64,000 bases of DNA, from positions 39,496,001 to 39,560,000 of the forward strand of contig OZ076409.1 in NCBI GenBank assembly GCA_964187785.1, written 5' to 3'. The stretch's first letter is position 1. Each line of letters begins with the position of its first letter. Below are positions 51,801-64,000 of the stretch, in pieces. Under the pieces are notes generated by a model. That model searched no databases and was not told the origin of the DNA. It saw only the letters and a list, made by a program, of their open reading frames with translations. This stretch comes from Amphiscolops sp. MND2022. Its lineage: Eukaryota. A program made the translations under genes and the position numbers.

Positions 51801-52455
51801 ATTTGCTTAGTTATCGGTACAGAAAAGCCAGTTTTCCGCATTTTTCCACGCCGATAAGAGTCCAGCGGTGGAAAAGATACGTTCTAATCCAGCTGAATTT
51901 GGTGTACCTTTAACTAAGTCTTGTCAAAAATTATTTCTGGGTATATATTGAGAAAATTTAATTTCAGACTAAAGGATTTTGAAACAATCTCTAAGTGCCG
52001 AAAAATGTAAAAGGGGAGATCCATTGGGCTTTTTGAAACTCTAATTTGTTGTAAAATATCAAAAAATTTGAAGGGACCCTTTGGAGATTAAAAAATTTGA
52101 AAAAAGTTGCACAGTGCCGAAAAAATTCAAAGGGGGACCCTACAGTCTCGTACGGTTTTGTATCTTACGTTAAACATGGAATGAATGAAAGGGGGACCCT
52201 TTGCACTAACTTAGATGCGTTTCCGCTTGTCGGTCCTGTAGTTTAGTAGTTCTTTAAAAAGTGTCCACTGCGCATACATTCTGTTATCTGACGAAAAAAG
52301 TGTACCCGGGGACGTAGTTTTAGTATCACTTGTTGAATGACGATTTTTCGAAAATCCAAAAAAGTCTTATAGTACTGAAAATCTGACCCTAACGCTTTAC
52401 ATTGAACGCAAATTGTGAAATTTTGGGGAAAAATCAATAACGTTTTACGAGAAAT

Positions 52456-52540
52456 GAAAACGTTATATCCGAACTTTGAAAACGTTACATCCGAACTTTA
52501 ATAACGTTACATCTGAAGTTTGAAAACGTTTTGTCCGAAT
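52456..52540. repeat. Minisatellite, ~4 x 22 bp (GAAAACGTTACATCCGAACTTT)
   Basis: Adjacent degenerate units without spacers. Confidence 0.75.
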
Positions 52541-52839
52541 GTATATACGTGTTAGATGTATGTATGTATGTTTTAAGAAAGCGCCGAAAAATTTTCGGAA
52601 TAGTCTCAAAGTGGCGAGAAACAAATTTAACAACGCCAAGGTAGCCGAAGGAGGGACCCTTGGTATGTTTGCGAGTCTCTAGTACGTTTTGTAGGTCCGT
52701 AGTTCACTTGTCTGCAGAAATTTATAAAATCTGTCACTTCGTCGGTCTTTACACTTGCGATAAGCAAGTGTTACGGGAAAGTGCGGTTGCTTTTTTTCCG
52801 GGCGGCAACTCTCGTTTCAGCCCGCAAGTCGCATAGTTC

Positions 52840-52915
52840 AGGTGTTCGTGGTCTAGTGGTAAGATGCTTGCTTTTCAAACCACAGGGTTCGTGTTCGAAC
52901 CCGTGCGTATGCGCT
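52840..52915 (+). other. tRNA-derived head within a dispersed repeat
   Basis: A box TGGTCTAGTGG and B box GTTCGAACC; poor acceptor stem. Confidence 0.55.
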
Positions 52916-55900
52916 AATTTTTTTACAAGTATTCCGAAGCAGAAGGTTCTCGCTTTTTTCGGCACTATGAGACTCCCCCTTTTTCGGCTTTGTGAGACTT
53001 TTTTTCGAAAATTTTTTAATGTCCCCAAAGTGTCATCTCTTCAATTTGTTTGATATTTTGCAACAGAACGAATGTTGAAAAATCCCAAAAGGTCCCTTTT
53101 TTACAGTTTTCGGCATTGTGAGATTTTTCAAAAGGAATAATTTTCGTCTTAAAATTAGGTTTTCTCAGGCGCAGCACGCTATATCCGATTTTTGTTTTTT
53201 TTAAAAGACCGGTGTTTTTTCTATGCGACTTTAAAAATTTGTTTGCATCGAAGCCTCCCCCCCTCCCTCAATTTTTACAAGAAATGAAACGTTTTGCGAG
53301 CGTAGAGGACTCCAAGGTTTTCGGCACTTACCGGAGACCTTCAAAAAATTTCGAAAATTTCGAGCCGGACCCGCGCCGCCGGAGTGGCGCCAACTCCCGA
53401 CCTAACTAGTGCGCATTTGAAAGCTTAAGTAAAGGGCTTTCAGGAACAGAAAACCGATTGGAGCTGTGGCTATTATTTTTGGAGAAATGAAGCTTTGAAA
53501 AAATTTTGTCAATTTTTCGACTTCTCGGTGTACTGTCGAGGTTAAGCGAGGCGCAAATTTTTGCCGTTCCCGGCTTGTTAAATGTTCTAGTCATGATGTG
53601 TGAAAATGTTGGGTTAGTTCTAGCTATTCGTAAATTAGGACACCAAAGTAGTAATTGTAACTGCTGAAGCTATGAAAAGCAAGAGGATTTCTGCCGATGA
53701 ATCTTATTTCCCGTTCTGCTGGTTTTTTCAAGTCTATTCTTCCACCATTCGCTTCTTTAATAGGTTTTTTGTAACGTCCTAAGTGGAATCAGAACAGCAG
53801 TGTAGCATTTTAAAAGGTTTCTCGTTCCACCAATGGTAAACGGTTGATTAATTTCAATCTAGAGTTTCGTTGATCTGAGAGCTCTTTGCTACCTTTAATT
53901 TCTTGATTGACTTCTTGTGATCATCTACGTCAAAGCTCAAAAATTGTCACAAATGAAAAATAATGAAGGAGCAGATGATTTTAGCTTTTGAATTTTTTAC
54001 CATCTTCATAACAGCTATCATCGTTCTTTGGAACTTTTTGAGCAACAGCGTACTCGTGGTTTTAAGAGAATATGAGAAACTTGGAAAGAAACTCTGAAAC
54101 TTTTTCAAACAATATACATAGTCATTTAAGAAAATTGATCGAAGAACCTAGCTAAAATAAGGACAAAAACGCCAATGATGACGGTTTCTTGTTCGAGTTG
54201 TGAATGCAGACTTCCATATAGCTGACAAGGACTAACGAGTGCAGTTTAACCTTGGACATAAAAGAAAGAGAACCTTTTGTAGACTTATTCTCACGCCATT
54301 AATAAATCTTTGCTTATTTTCCAAGGTCAGACTAAGACTTTCGACAGTTGATTATTTATGGTCACATTTTTTGTCAATTAACCTATGTATGCATGCGGAA
54401 TGGCATTGCCTTTTCAAGAATTTTTCAAATTTAATTACGCTTCCGTGGTACGTGAAATATTTAATTCAACTCAGCTTTCCATCCCTTGTGGCATAAAGTT
54501 GAGACGAATCAGAATAGCAATTTGCTTCGCATTTAAATTGGTCACACTTGTTTTCGCTCTTCTTGGAAAAAGTTGCATAAATAGAGCCGAAACGTTACAC
54601 TCTGAATGCTGCGCGGGAGTTTGTAATAACAGGATATTATTGTTGCACAAGGTGTTGTGTAAGGATACTGGGTTGTCGTTTTATATGTGTCATGGAGTTA
54701 TGAGAAATTGGCTTTTGCCAAGCAGGGGAAAGAATATTGGCTACTTGCAAAATGATTCAGAAGTTTAAAAATTGGTAGGCTGCTTCAAAGCATTGCTATG
54801 TTAAGTATGGTTAAAGGTATCAACCCCTATATCTGGTGCTGCAGTACATTCGACCTTGTAAAGAAATATCAGCATTTTACAAAGTGGTTTTATTCGTGGT
54901 TCAACAAGATGTACAGCAATGGGATAGTGTAATTTGGAACTCTCTCAAAGTTGCCTAAATCCCATTGGGCAGTTGGTGTAGCCAAACAATTCGGCTGTTT
55001 GAAATTATTTGGTGCTTTTTAGTTTTCAGTTAATGTATTCAAAATAGTAGTCACGGAATTCGAAATAGTTGAGGTATTTGAACTTTTTTGGAAAAAGTGC
55101 CCAAAATATCCCAAATCAGCAGAAATGCCGAAATTTTTCTTGTACCATTTTCATGCGATTTTTGTTTGTTTTTAAATGATTTCTAGTATCCTTTAATTAG
55201 CTATCCACCATGATTTTGAAAAGAATTACGAAGTTGTTTGCTATCCCCCGTATAACCCCTAGTTTTTATTACAGAATTTTCAAGTTTGTTTCGAAAAAAC
55301 CGCAAAAATGCAAGTTTTTCGGCTGTTTTTGCCAGTTTTGTACAAGTTTCGGTTGTTTTTGTCGGTATCAGTATCCCAGTGCTCAACAGCGAAACAGTTG
55401 GCCAGTTAGCATACTCTTGTTTGAAGAAATATATTTTGTTTTCAAATTCCAGAGTGTCAAAAATGAAAATTTCCAGTTAATGTAATATTTATTCTGTGTA
55501 ACTTGTGGGGGAAATGAAAGAGTCATGAATAATTTATGTAAATTTGGCCTCGATTTGTTGTCAAAAAGAATTGTTTCCAAATATAAACCATGGCGAGATT
55601 AACAGCAAAATCACGACTGGGCCAAGATCTGTGAACTTGAAAAGACAGCGAACCTAAACCGAAGTGTGAATTGATATTTTTCATACCTTTCGTGGTATGA
55701 CACTGTCGTGAAAGTTTCAGTGAGCCCTTTCCCAAAGCAAGATTTTTCAGGAATAGTTCAAGCTCTGAATAATAGTTCAAAATCTGAATAATTCACAATT
55801 TATACGGTAATGAAAATCTAAAAGTGTCAATGTATACGAAGTATTGAATTACTTAGGTTGTCAATTGCAAGTATTTTTTGAGGAAAATCGCTTCCTTGCA

Positions 55901-57151
55901 ATGAGGTGTGAAAAAATTGACCTATGAATTCAATTGAAAATTTCAAAAAGACGTTTGACTGAAGAAAAATTCACAGTGAGGTACTTTTTGCGCCAAGATG
56001 CACAGTAGGCAATTATAGTAGACCACGTTTGTTCCGAACAGTTCGAATTTATCAACGTATTTTATCGATTAATGCCCTAACCCTGTTCCGAAGTGGAATT
56101 TATTTGATCTGTCTAGAAAGACAGTCCTCGAGTGTATGTGCTTAACTTTTCTTGCGTAGTTTGTTCACGCTTTGCATCTCGAACATTTTACTGTGTATTT
56201 ATGGTTAGCAAAACTGTATCATACGATGGGGACGGTTCAAATCGTAGAATATTCAAAGCGTCGAAAGCAGTTTACACGCAGTAAATACTGCGCGTCATAG
56301 TCACGTGACCAAATTTTCATTCAATGAACCAATCAAATTCAGTAAAATGAATACAGCACAAGCGACGAACTAATTACGATAACGTAGTCAGCTATGTCCA
56401 CATACTCTTAGTGCCCTGAAAAGTTTACAGGACATTGTTAGCAAATAAGACGATCAGTTATCATGTTGAACAAAAATGCATGCTTAACGCCTGGATATTT
56501 TCCACAAACATGCGCTTGTTGCACCCTAATGCATAATATCTTGCATAACTATCCAGACCTTCGTTTCTGATGGAGAAATTTCGACTACTTATGCAATCGT
56601 ACCTTTTTTCTCCCGACCTTTCAATGAAAATTTCTCAAAAACTATCCATATGATTTTGACAAAAACTGTCCATACGATTTGAACGAAATGTTTCACAGTC
56701 ATTCTACACCATATTAGGGTCCTATGAGTGCAATGACACCAAAGTCGTTTGACTAGGATCTTAGAACCAGTCAAAAGTAACCAAATGAAAATAAAGAAGG
56801 TAATTTGTTTTTCAATATTTTAATCCGTTTCCGATTCCTTCACAGCACATGTGGCTCTGGTTAATGCATACATTCATAGAAAAGTAATCGAGTAATAGAG
56901 AAATTTTGCAGAGTGAGTGTTGATTTTGTGAGCAGAAGCTGAAAATGAATTGAAAAAGTCCGCTTTAACGGTGAATTTTATTCTCTTGTATGCTTTCTAT
57001 GTGTACGACAGACAACTAGATCATCCGGAATCATTGTAACATGAAACAAGACAGGAGCGTATAAAGTCGACGCCCTGCCTAAAGCTCAAAAAGCGCAAAG
57101 TCTCATAGAAATGCTCAGGATGGTTTTTGGGAAACTTTCAACTGGTAAAAA

Positions 57152-57535
57152 CAAAGTTGGCATGTTTTAAACACTGTTTTTAAGAACATGTTTTTTATTC
57201 ATTGTTTTTTTAATTGACGTAGGTCATACGTGTATATTTTTCACACAAAATATTTTGTTGTGCGGTCATTGGGAGATAATAAGACAAGTAACAATAAGAA
57301 CTCTGTATAAGTTAGCATTCAATTGAAACTCAAACAAAAAATGTGAGCCAGAATACTTTAACTTATTTGGTTTCTACTTTTGTTTCACCATTAAGAGGTT
57401 CTAAATAAATCCTAGTTTTTTAAAAAATATCTGACAAAATGTGTTTTTTTGAAAAAATGTGAAAAAAACGTTTTAAACACGTTTTCGTTATTTTAATTGT
57501 TTAAAACGTTTGTATTGAAAAAAATGCCAAGCCTG
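57152..57535. mobile_element. hAT-type MITE related to 37834-38268
   Basis: Ends CAAAGTTGGCA / TGCCAAGCCTG; flanks GGTAAAAA / GGTTAAAA; shared TGTTTTAAAC repeats. Confidence 0.7.
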
Positions 57536-57711
57536 GGTTAAAATATCGAAAGGGGCGCCCTGTGGCTTCGGAAAACACCTTTTGGTGTCTAAGAGCATTC
57601 CATTTCTAAAAATCCAAATTAGTGATGAAATTGTTTGGATTTTTCAAAAGGCGCGCAGTGTCGAACAAAACCATTGGTAACATCAAGATTTGCAAACATG
57701 ATTTTTTTTAA

Positions 57712-57778
57712 TTGGGCGGGAATCGAACCCACGATCTCCTGCGTGAAAAGTGCGCATTCTAACGACTAGGCCAAGTGC
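57712..57778 (-). pseudogene. tRNA-derived sequence (pseudogene or SINE head)
   Basis: TGGCCTAGTCGTTAG A box and GGTTCGATTCC B box; stems imperfect. Confidence 0.55.
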
Positions 57779-57898
57779 AGCGTGAACAAAGTTGTTTAAA
57801 AAGTGGGCCATTCAGGTTGAGGTCGGTGTTCAGACAAACTTGCCGCTAACACTCGGGCACTTTTTATTACTAAAAAGCCGACTAGCAATTGTCCAATG

Positions 57899-58399
57899 CA
57901 GTGTATTGTTACATGTACATGTAAGGAATACACGTGTATATAGTATCCGGATACAAGACAAGCAAACAAGGCTACTCAGCGCCAATACATGTAATACAAG
58001 CGTGATCTGAACAGCGCGAACTAGTGCAAGCAGAATCATTGAAACGAATTCAATTACACAAACTTCGACGACAGCCCAGAGTTTCGAAATGCCGTCCTGG
58101 GAAATTCTATCGTGCCCTTGCTCTTCGGCTTCTGTAGAGAGACTGTTCAGTCTTTGTGGCCTTCGGACATCGGACCGAAGAAACATGACGAATGCAGAAA
58201 CTCACGAAAAACTTGTTAAAGTTGCTTTTTCTGTTAAACATTTATTTTAGAAATTGTACTTTTGCCGTACCTTTTTTACTACATACATCATAGAGGTACA
58301 TGAGGCTTATAAAAGTACATGAAATACATGCAGGACCAAACGATTCAGAAATACATGGATACATCTTACATGGTAAATTTCGTTCAAAGCAATACACTG
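57899..58399 (+). mobile_element. Internally deleted hAT transposon retaining the dimerisation-domain coding sequence
   Basis: TIR CAGTGTATTG / CAATACACTG; perfect TSD GTCCAATG; 58101-58250 translates EILSCPCSSASVERLFSLCG. Confidence 0.93.
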
Positions 58400-60238
58400 G
58401 TCCAATGAAATGCTCTTTTGTGACGTTTCAAGTGCTATTAGTAGCTTCGAACATCACTAAAAAAATGTGTAGTACATAAATAACATCAATGAAAGTTTTG
58501 CGCTATTTGAAGTTCCAGCACTTTACTTTGATTTCAGTTTTGGAAGCCTAAAAAACAAGACCTGTTGTAAGACATGTTTTCAAGAAATGCCGACGAAAAC
58601 CGTGCGCAGTGGGAGATCAAACGTTTGACTTGTGGTGAAAATGAAAAGGTTACTCTTGACAATTAATGGAAAACAGCCGTTTGATCTCGGTAGGTAATCT
58701 CGGCGATCGCGCTTAGGTTGTGTTTTGAAATAAAATTGAAAATAAATTGAAATAAAACAAAATTAGTGTTGCTTCCCTTGATGGATTATTATTTCTGACA
58801 TGCATGTTTTTAACTGATTTTTCGAAACTGTTTTTCTTGAGTTCAGTTGCTCAATTCCGCGGGGTGGACACTTAACAAACGTGCCTGCTTTTTTTGAGTC
58901 GGCGCTCTTTCGGAAACTCTGTGTTAAAATAGGTTTATTAACCAAAAGACCTGTGGTGAATGTACTGCTTCCAAGTTCAGCAGGGCTAGAACGTTATCCC
59001 TAACCATGGGCTTATTTATGGCAGCTAAGAATCGACTTGATTCAGAAAAGATGAAACAAATTGGATTTGCTATAAAATGTTACCAGATGCCAATTGATTT
59101 TTCATTTGAAGTGTTCGTAAAATGATTTTTTTTGAAAAACTTATAACAAAAGGTGTTATTGACATTTTTCAACATTTTAAGCATTCCTAACGTTAGGAAT
59201 GAAAGATATTTGTTGAAAATGCATCGCTGGGCGCTTCACAGATTGATATTGATATACGTGTTGGAAGCAGCAGTAGTCAGGTGCTGGTCACAGTGGCACT
59301 ATGCTTTTGCCTTGTCTAATTTGCTTTTCAACCTGGAAGATAAGACAAGATTTACATTTTCTGACGTATTTATGTCTCGTCGACTCGAGCCATTAAAATT
59401 TCAACAGGAAATATGTAAGAGCTTGTTAATAATATACGCTTCAACTAAAAGTCAAATCTCCCTGACTTGTAATTGCTAATGTAGCATTCATTAACCCAAG
59501 ATGGGCTGTAAATATTGCGATATGTACAATTTATAGCCGATACACACAATGTCGTTGTCACAGTACATGTATTAGTTGGTAGCTACTCCATTGGGTAGTT
59601 CCTTGGAACAGAATTCCATTTTAAAACCTTTTTTTGAGATGCCTGTTTCAATTAGCGCAAAGTAGACACAAAAATTTGAATACATTTCTCTCGGTCTTGT
59701 CTTTTGGCGCTGGGGCTCTTCTCTGTCCGTTTTTCTTCGCTCAGTGCATTGGGACTGTTTCTTGATGACGTAATTCTAAATGCCCTTTGGCAAGTTACGA
59801 TGTGGTCGTTTTTCATGCTAATGTAGGTGTATATTGTAGTTGAAAGGAAACATCAAGCTCTAAGATGGCGCTTTTGTTTGTTCTAATGACAATAAACGAT
59901 GTTTATGCTCCGTTCTTTCTGACGCCATCACAAATTGCAATCAAGTGGTTGTTCTTTATGGTTGGTTTCAGAAGTTCATTCGAAGCTGTAAGTTCTTGTA
60001 TGAAGAAAAGTGACTTTGGACTTCTGCTCAGCTTAATTTGTATGAGAAAAGGTCACGCTTTTGTACGGACTGCTTGGTCGATGTTTTATATGCAATTATT
60101 CACAGCTACGATGTACTCAGTTCAAAATGGAACAAGGCTGGGACGTCATTGGTCGGGCTCCAAAAGTCTGAATTATACACTCGGGGGCTCTTTTCGGACA
60201 AAATTCTGCAAGATCTGTCAGTTGTTGAAGTGTCCTAT

Positions 60239-60648
60239 AACAAGCCGGGAACAATTTAACTCGGTGCCCCGCTTATAGCTCAAAAACACAAGTCTCAAAG
60301 CGTCAAGGATTCTCTTTTGAACGAATTATAAATTTCACACTACTCAAAACCATCAAGGAGACGCTTTCGCTTTTGTAACACTTTTGGGGACCTTTTTGGC
60401 TTAAAAACCTTTTTTAAATCCAAAAAAAACGAAAGGGGGACCATCCTGGAAAGTCACAGTATCGAAAAATAACCCTCTTTTTTTCAAATGCATTTGGCAA
60501 AATTTTAAAGGAAAAAACCCGTACGAACAATTTGCTATTTTATAGGAATTTCTTGAAGTCGTCAGGAAATGGTAACTTGGGCCGCTTAGAAAAACGACGA
60601 TAAGTCACTATAATAATCGCGTTTCATTTCATAAAACTCCGACTAAAA
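60239..60648 (-). mobile_element. HINE-family copy
   Basis: AACAAGCCGGGAAC at the left end; TCACTATAATAATCGCGTTTCA...CCGACTAAAA at the right end. Confidence 0.65.
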
Positions 60649-63600
60649 TTCAAACGAATCTGTATGCATATACGGTACCTGTAAGCCTTGAAAGAAAAAA
60701 ATAGCTAGAGTTAACTCGATTGACAGAAATCGAATTTATCAACTTCGAAACTTTGAGATCTGTTCCCATTGGATCAATCTTATACGTTTTTCATATAGTC
60801 ATCCTGAAAAAAATCTATGAATAGTTCAAAAAGAATCCACTGACAAAAGAATATTTTCTGGGCTTTTAAAAAGTTGAGGGTTGAAAAAACATTTTAGCGT
60901 GCAGGATAACATAGCTTGGCGACAACAAGCTCTAAAGGATACAAAGACAAACTTGGCTAGAAGCTCACGAACCGTTGAATTCCTTGAAATTCACAGGAGC
61001 TGCTGTTTATAAAAACATCTTTGTGAGAAATCTGAGGTAACTTTTCGGGCCCTTTCGGTTACACATAGTCACTTGAGCTTGATTTATTTATACTACAAAT
61101 ATAATTCCGTGCTTCGAATAGGGATCGAACTCGTCACAGTATTTGAAAATCTTCACCAGTAAAGAAAAGTCTTATTTTGATGGTGATTCATCGCTTACGA
61201 CTGTCTTGGAATGCCGAGTTGGAGTAAAGTAGAACGAACCTCTCGACCCTGTTTTTTATCGCTCATGAACGGTTCCACGAAAGATGTCAGGTCACAAACA
61301 GTTTTTTGGTACAAGTTTTTGATGATGCAAATATCGAAACATTTCTGATGCTCTACGTACTTTTATTTTATATGCAGTTGATATAGCTTACTTTTTAGTG
61401 AAACAGAAAACAAAAACGTACAAAATGATATCGATACTTCATTGTGCTTTTGCGAGAAGAATTTGTGTGTATCATTATAAATAAAATTGATTTTGGATCT
61501 TTTCGAGAGGTCTTGCTAGGAGGCTCCATGCCATCACGACTCAGGGCAGAGCAAATGACCGGATCGACGTATTTTTCTACCTAGAGATACTTCTCATAAC
61601 ATTTTTAGTCGGCGCTATTATAAAACGAAAGAGCCCGACTATTACAGTCAAATTGTACCTGTTGGCCCAGGGAATTGAACCAGAAAAGTTTTTTTTCTTT
61701 TTTTCCGCGTAACATACAATTCCGGGTGAGACTAAAGGGTCCCCCTTTCAGTTTTTTTTCGGCATTGAGGAAAGAAAATTCGATTGTTGAATTGTTCAAT
61801 TGATTCTTGTCCCCTCTGCGAGAGTCCGGATGAGTCTCATTTGTCACAAAAATGTACAAGTTTCAAAGAAACGCTGTGTAGGAGCAATTCCTTGAATCAT
61901 ACTATTTGTACCCCAATGACAGCTGATGAATGTACTGATATGAAAATATTGAAAATTCTTGCTTCTTTTCTGCATTGTATTATCACTCGGTTCACTAATA
62001 CTGATATTGATGTAAGTTTTATGCTGTTTGTATGCTTTCAGGGAACAAAAATTCAACCTATTCTATTCAAGATGTTCGGATTTGAATTCTGTCATTTCAA
62101 GCAATGCCGTTGCGTTGTTTTAAAACGCTATTGTATTTGGCTCTATCCGCTGTACCTGAGGAAGTATATTTTATGTATGTTGGAACAGTACTATTTTGTT
62201 CTGCTTTTAGAGTATTTGTCCACGTGTTTCCTTTCGCATAGAAGGAAATAATGAAAAAGCCTCCCTAGAATCGCATTGTGTATTTTAGAGGACTGTTTAT
62301 AACTAGAAGAAAGTTGATTTTAGCGTATGAGAGGGAAACGACATTTTTATAATGTAAAATTTCATCTAATCAACCGAGTTGGTGCGCTATTTCGTTAAGG
62401 TCATCCCAATTTGCAGCAAATCAGTCGTTATTGAAGGACACTGTTTAATGGATTCCCCGGTTGGTACGTCATTGACGAACTTGAAAATGATTGATGTTCC
62501 CATTTCCTCAGATTTAAAAACGTCATTTCTGTGCCGTGCCGCATGTCTGAAAAAGATAGCACCTTTCATGGACTGATGACGCGGTAAAAGCAGAGATCTA
62601 CTGCAGTTTTTATTTGCATCATTTAACCGTGTTTTTCAATAGCTTCCTTTTTTGGAACTTCACTTTGACCCAATTAATGATCAAACAGCGAATCGGTGCT
62701 AGTTTAATATTGATGGCACGACGCAAGTGCTCAATATAACCACCGCTTGCTGTAGTCACAAAAAAGCAATTATTGCTAAAGGTTTTGAGAGTTCTCTTGA
62801 AATTATTCGTTCGATTTCTTTCACAAGGCTGAATTCAAAGCTTCCTAAACGTTGACTGGTTTAAGTTTAATCCGTTTTTGCTTTCTTTCCTGGGAACTTA
62901 CGGTCAACAATATCCATATGAAAACCTTCTGAACTCTTCTAAAGTATTCACTAACTTACGTTCTTTCATTTCTCACCCGCTAGTTTTTTCGGGTCTCATT
63001 AATGCTTCTGAAAGTTGGTTTTTTCTTTTTAGGTTTTCCTTTTTCAGCAATGATAATTTCTGAAAAAAAGTCAAGTAAATGCTTCGGAAGATAGTCCAAG
63101 ATTGACCATAGCTTGTATGAGTAGTTTCAATGTTATCGCGAATATATTCAATTTAAAGTCCTACGCACCCAGTTTTTTTTAACCAGGCGTGTTAATAGGA
63201 TTGAGTGAATTTGAACAAGATTATCAAAATTTTCAATTTTTAATGCTTCTGAAAGGTTGACAACAATAAAATGACAAGATTAAGTAAATACAGTTTAAGT
63301 AGCCGAATTTCTGCTAGTCTTGAAAGTCTAAATTCCTGTCAAATTTTCCAGACTTTGATTTCGAGGGCAAGAGACGGTTTGTTCAATGATCACTCGCTCA
63401 ATCTGTTCTGATGCGTTTTCGAGATGTCTTGTCTGTTGAGTTTTCCATAATTGATTTCCTTTGATAGTCTATAGTTGCCTCTTCACTGAATTGTTGTGGT
63501 TTGTCTTCTAAAGGCCACTTTTGAACCTATACAAAAACATTTGAAATATAATAAATGGTCTTGGAGACATTCTGGAAGTTGTTGTCAGTTTAATTCAATT

Positions 63601-64000
63601 AATCATCAAATAGATCAAAAAATAATTTTTCATCGCGAAAATGTGTTTATACCAACTGCATGTTAGATCTGACAAAAATTTTTCCATCCATTTATAGTTC
63701 AATTTAATTCAAACCGTTGTCTTGTCTTAATTGATCCTATATATCACTTGTTAATAACTAAACATCACTTGCGTTTTAAGTCGGCACTTTTTGAGAAGAA
63801 AGACGTGACTAATCCATTGACTAGTTTTTTTTCCAAACAGAATACTGTACTGTATTTTTTGTTCAGTTTCATATTTTCCTTCAAGTGTAAAGTGTATCTA
63901 ATATAAATTTGCAAGGCTAAATACCCAAGGATCACACTTTAGGTTTTTCCAGCACTGTGCGACTTTTAAATTTTTTATTTCATCAAAGGCCCCCTTCAAT

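Noticed and set aside
52456..52540. CRISPR-like array
   Set aside because: Units are adjacent with no unique spacers, there are no cas genes, and the context is a eukaryotic intron.
41600..64000. Numerous 60-155-aa ORFs in the introns
   Set aside because: F/K/L-rich translations typical of AT-rich repeats, with no domain motifs apart from exon 4 and the hAT remnant.

Overview
Repeat-rich eukaryotic (animal, probably invertebrate) genomic DNA. The left half is a stack of decayed mobile elements. It holds a CR1/L2-type LINE RT remnant and a complete 15.3-kb minus-strand Ty3/Gypsy element (1391-16722, 5-bp TSD GCACC, LTRs of 1.65-1.97 kb). It also holds an inverted pair of Penelope-like fragments with hammerhead-ribozyme motifs and nested MITEs, a PHD-finger CRE-clade (RT + restriction-like endonuclease) retrotransposon, and a BEL/Pao LTR element. 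The right half contains four coding exons of a membrane receptor guanylyl cyclase gene (plus strand, from 35480). Its cyclase exons were not found and probably lie beyond the window, and its introns carry Helentron-type (HINE/DINE-like) repeats, hAT MITEs and tRNA-derived SINE heads. The most unusual system is the Gypsy element. Between pol and its 3' LTR it carries about 6 kb of cargo: an antisense, apparently intron-containing gene with a BED/TTF-like zinc finger, plus sense-strand accessory ORF(s), one of which ends inside the 3' LTR where no polypurine tract is visible. Its gag begins about 580 nt inside the LTR and reads through the PBS. A second notable point is a hAT MITE inserted exactly into a splice acceptor of the cyclase gene, duplicating it. 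All assignments come from reading the sequence by eye; no searches were run.
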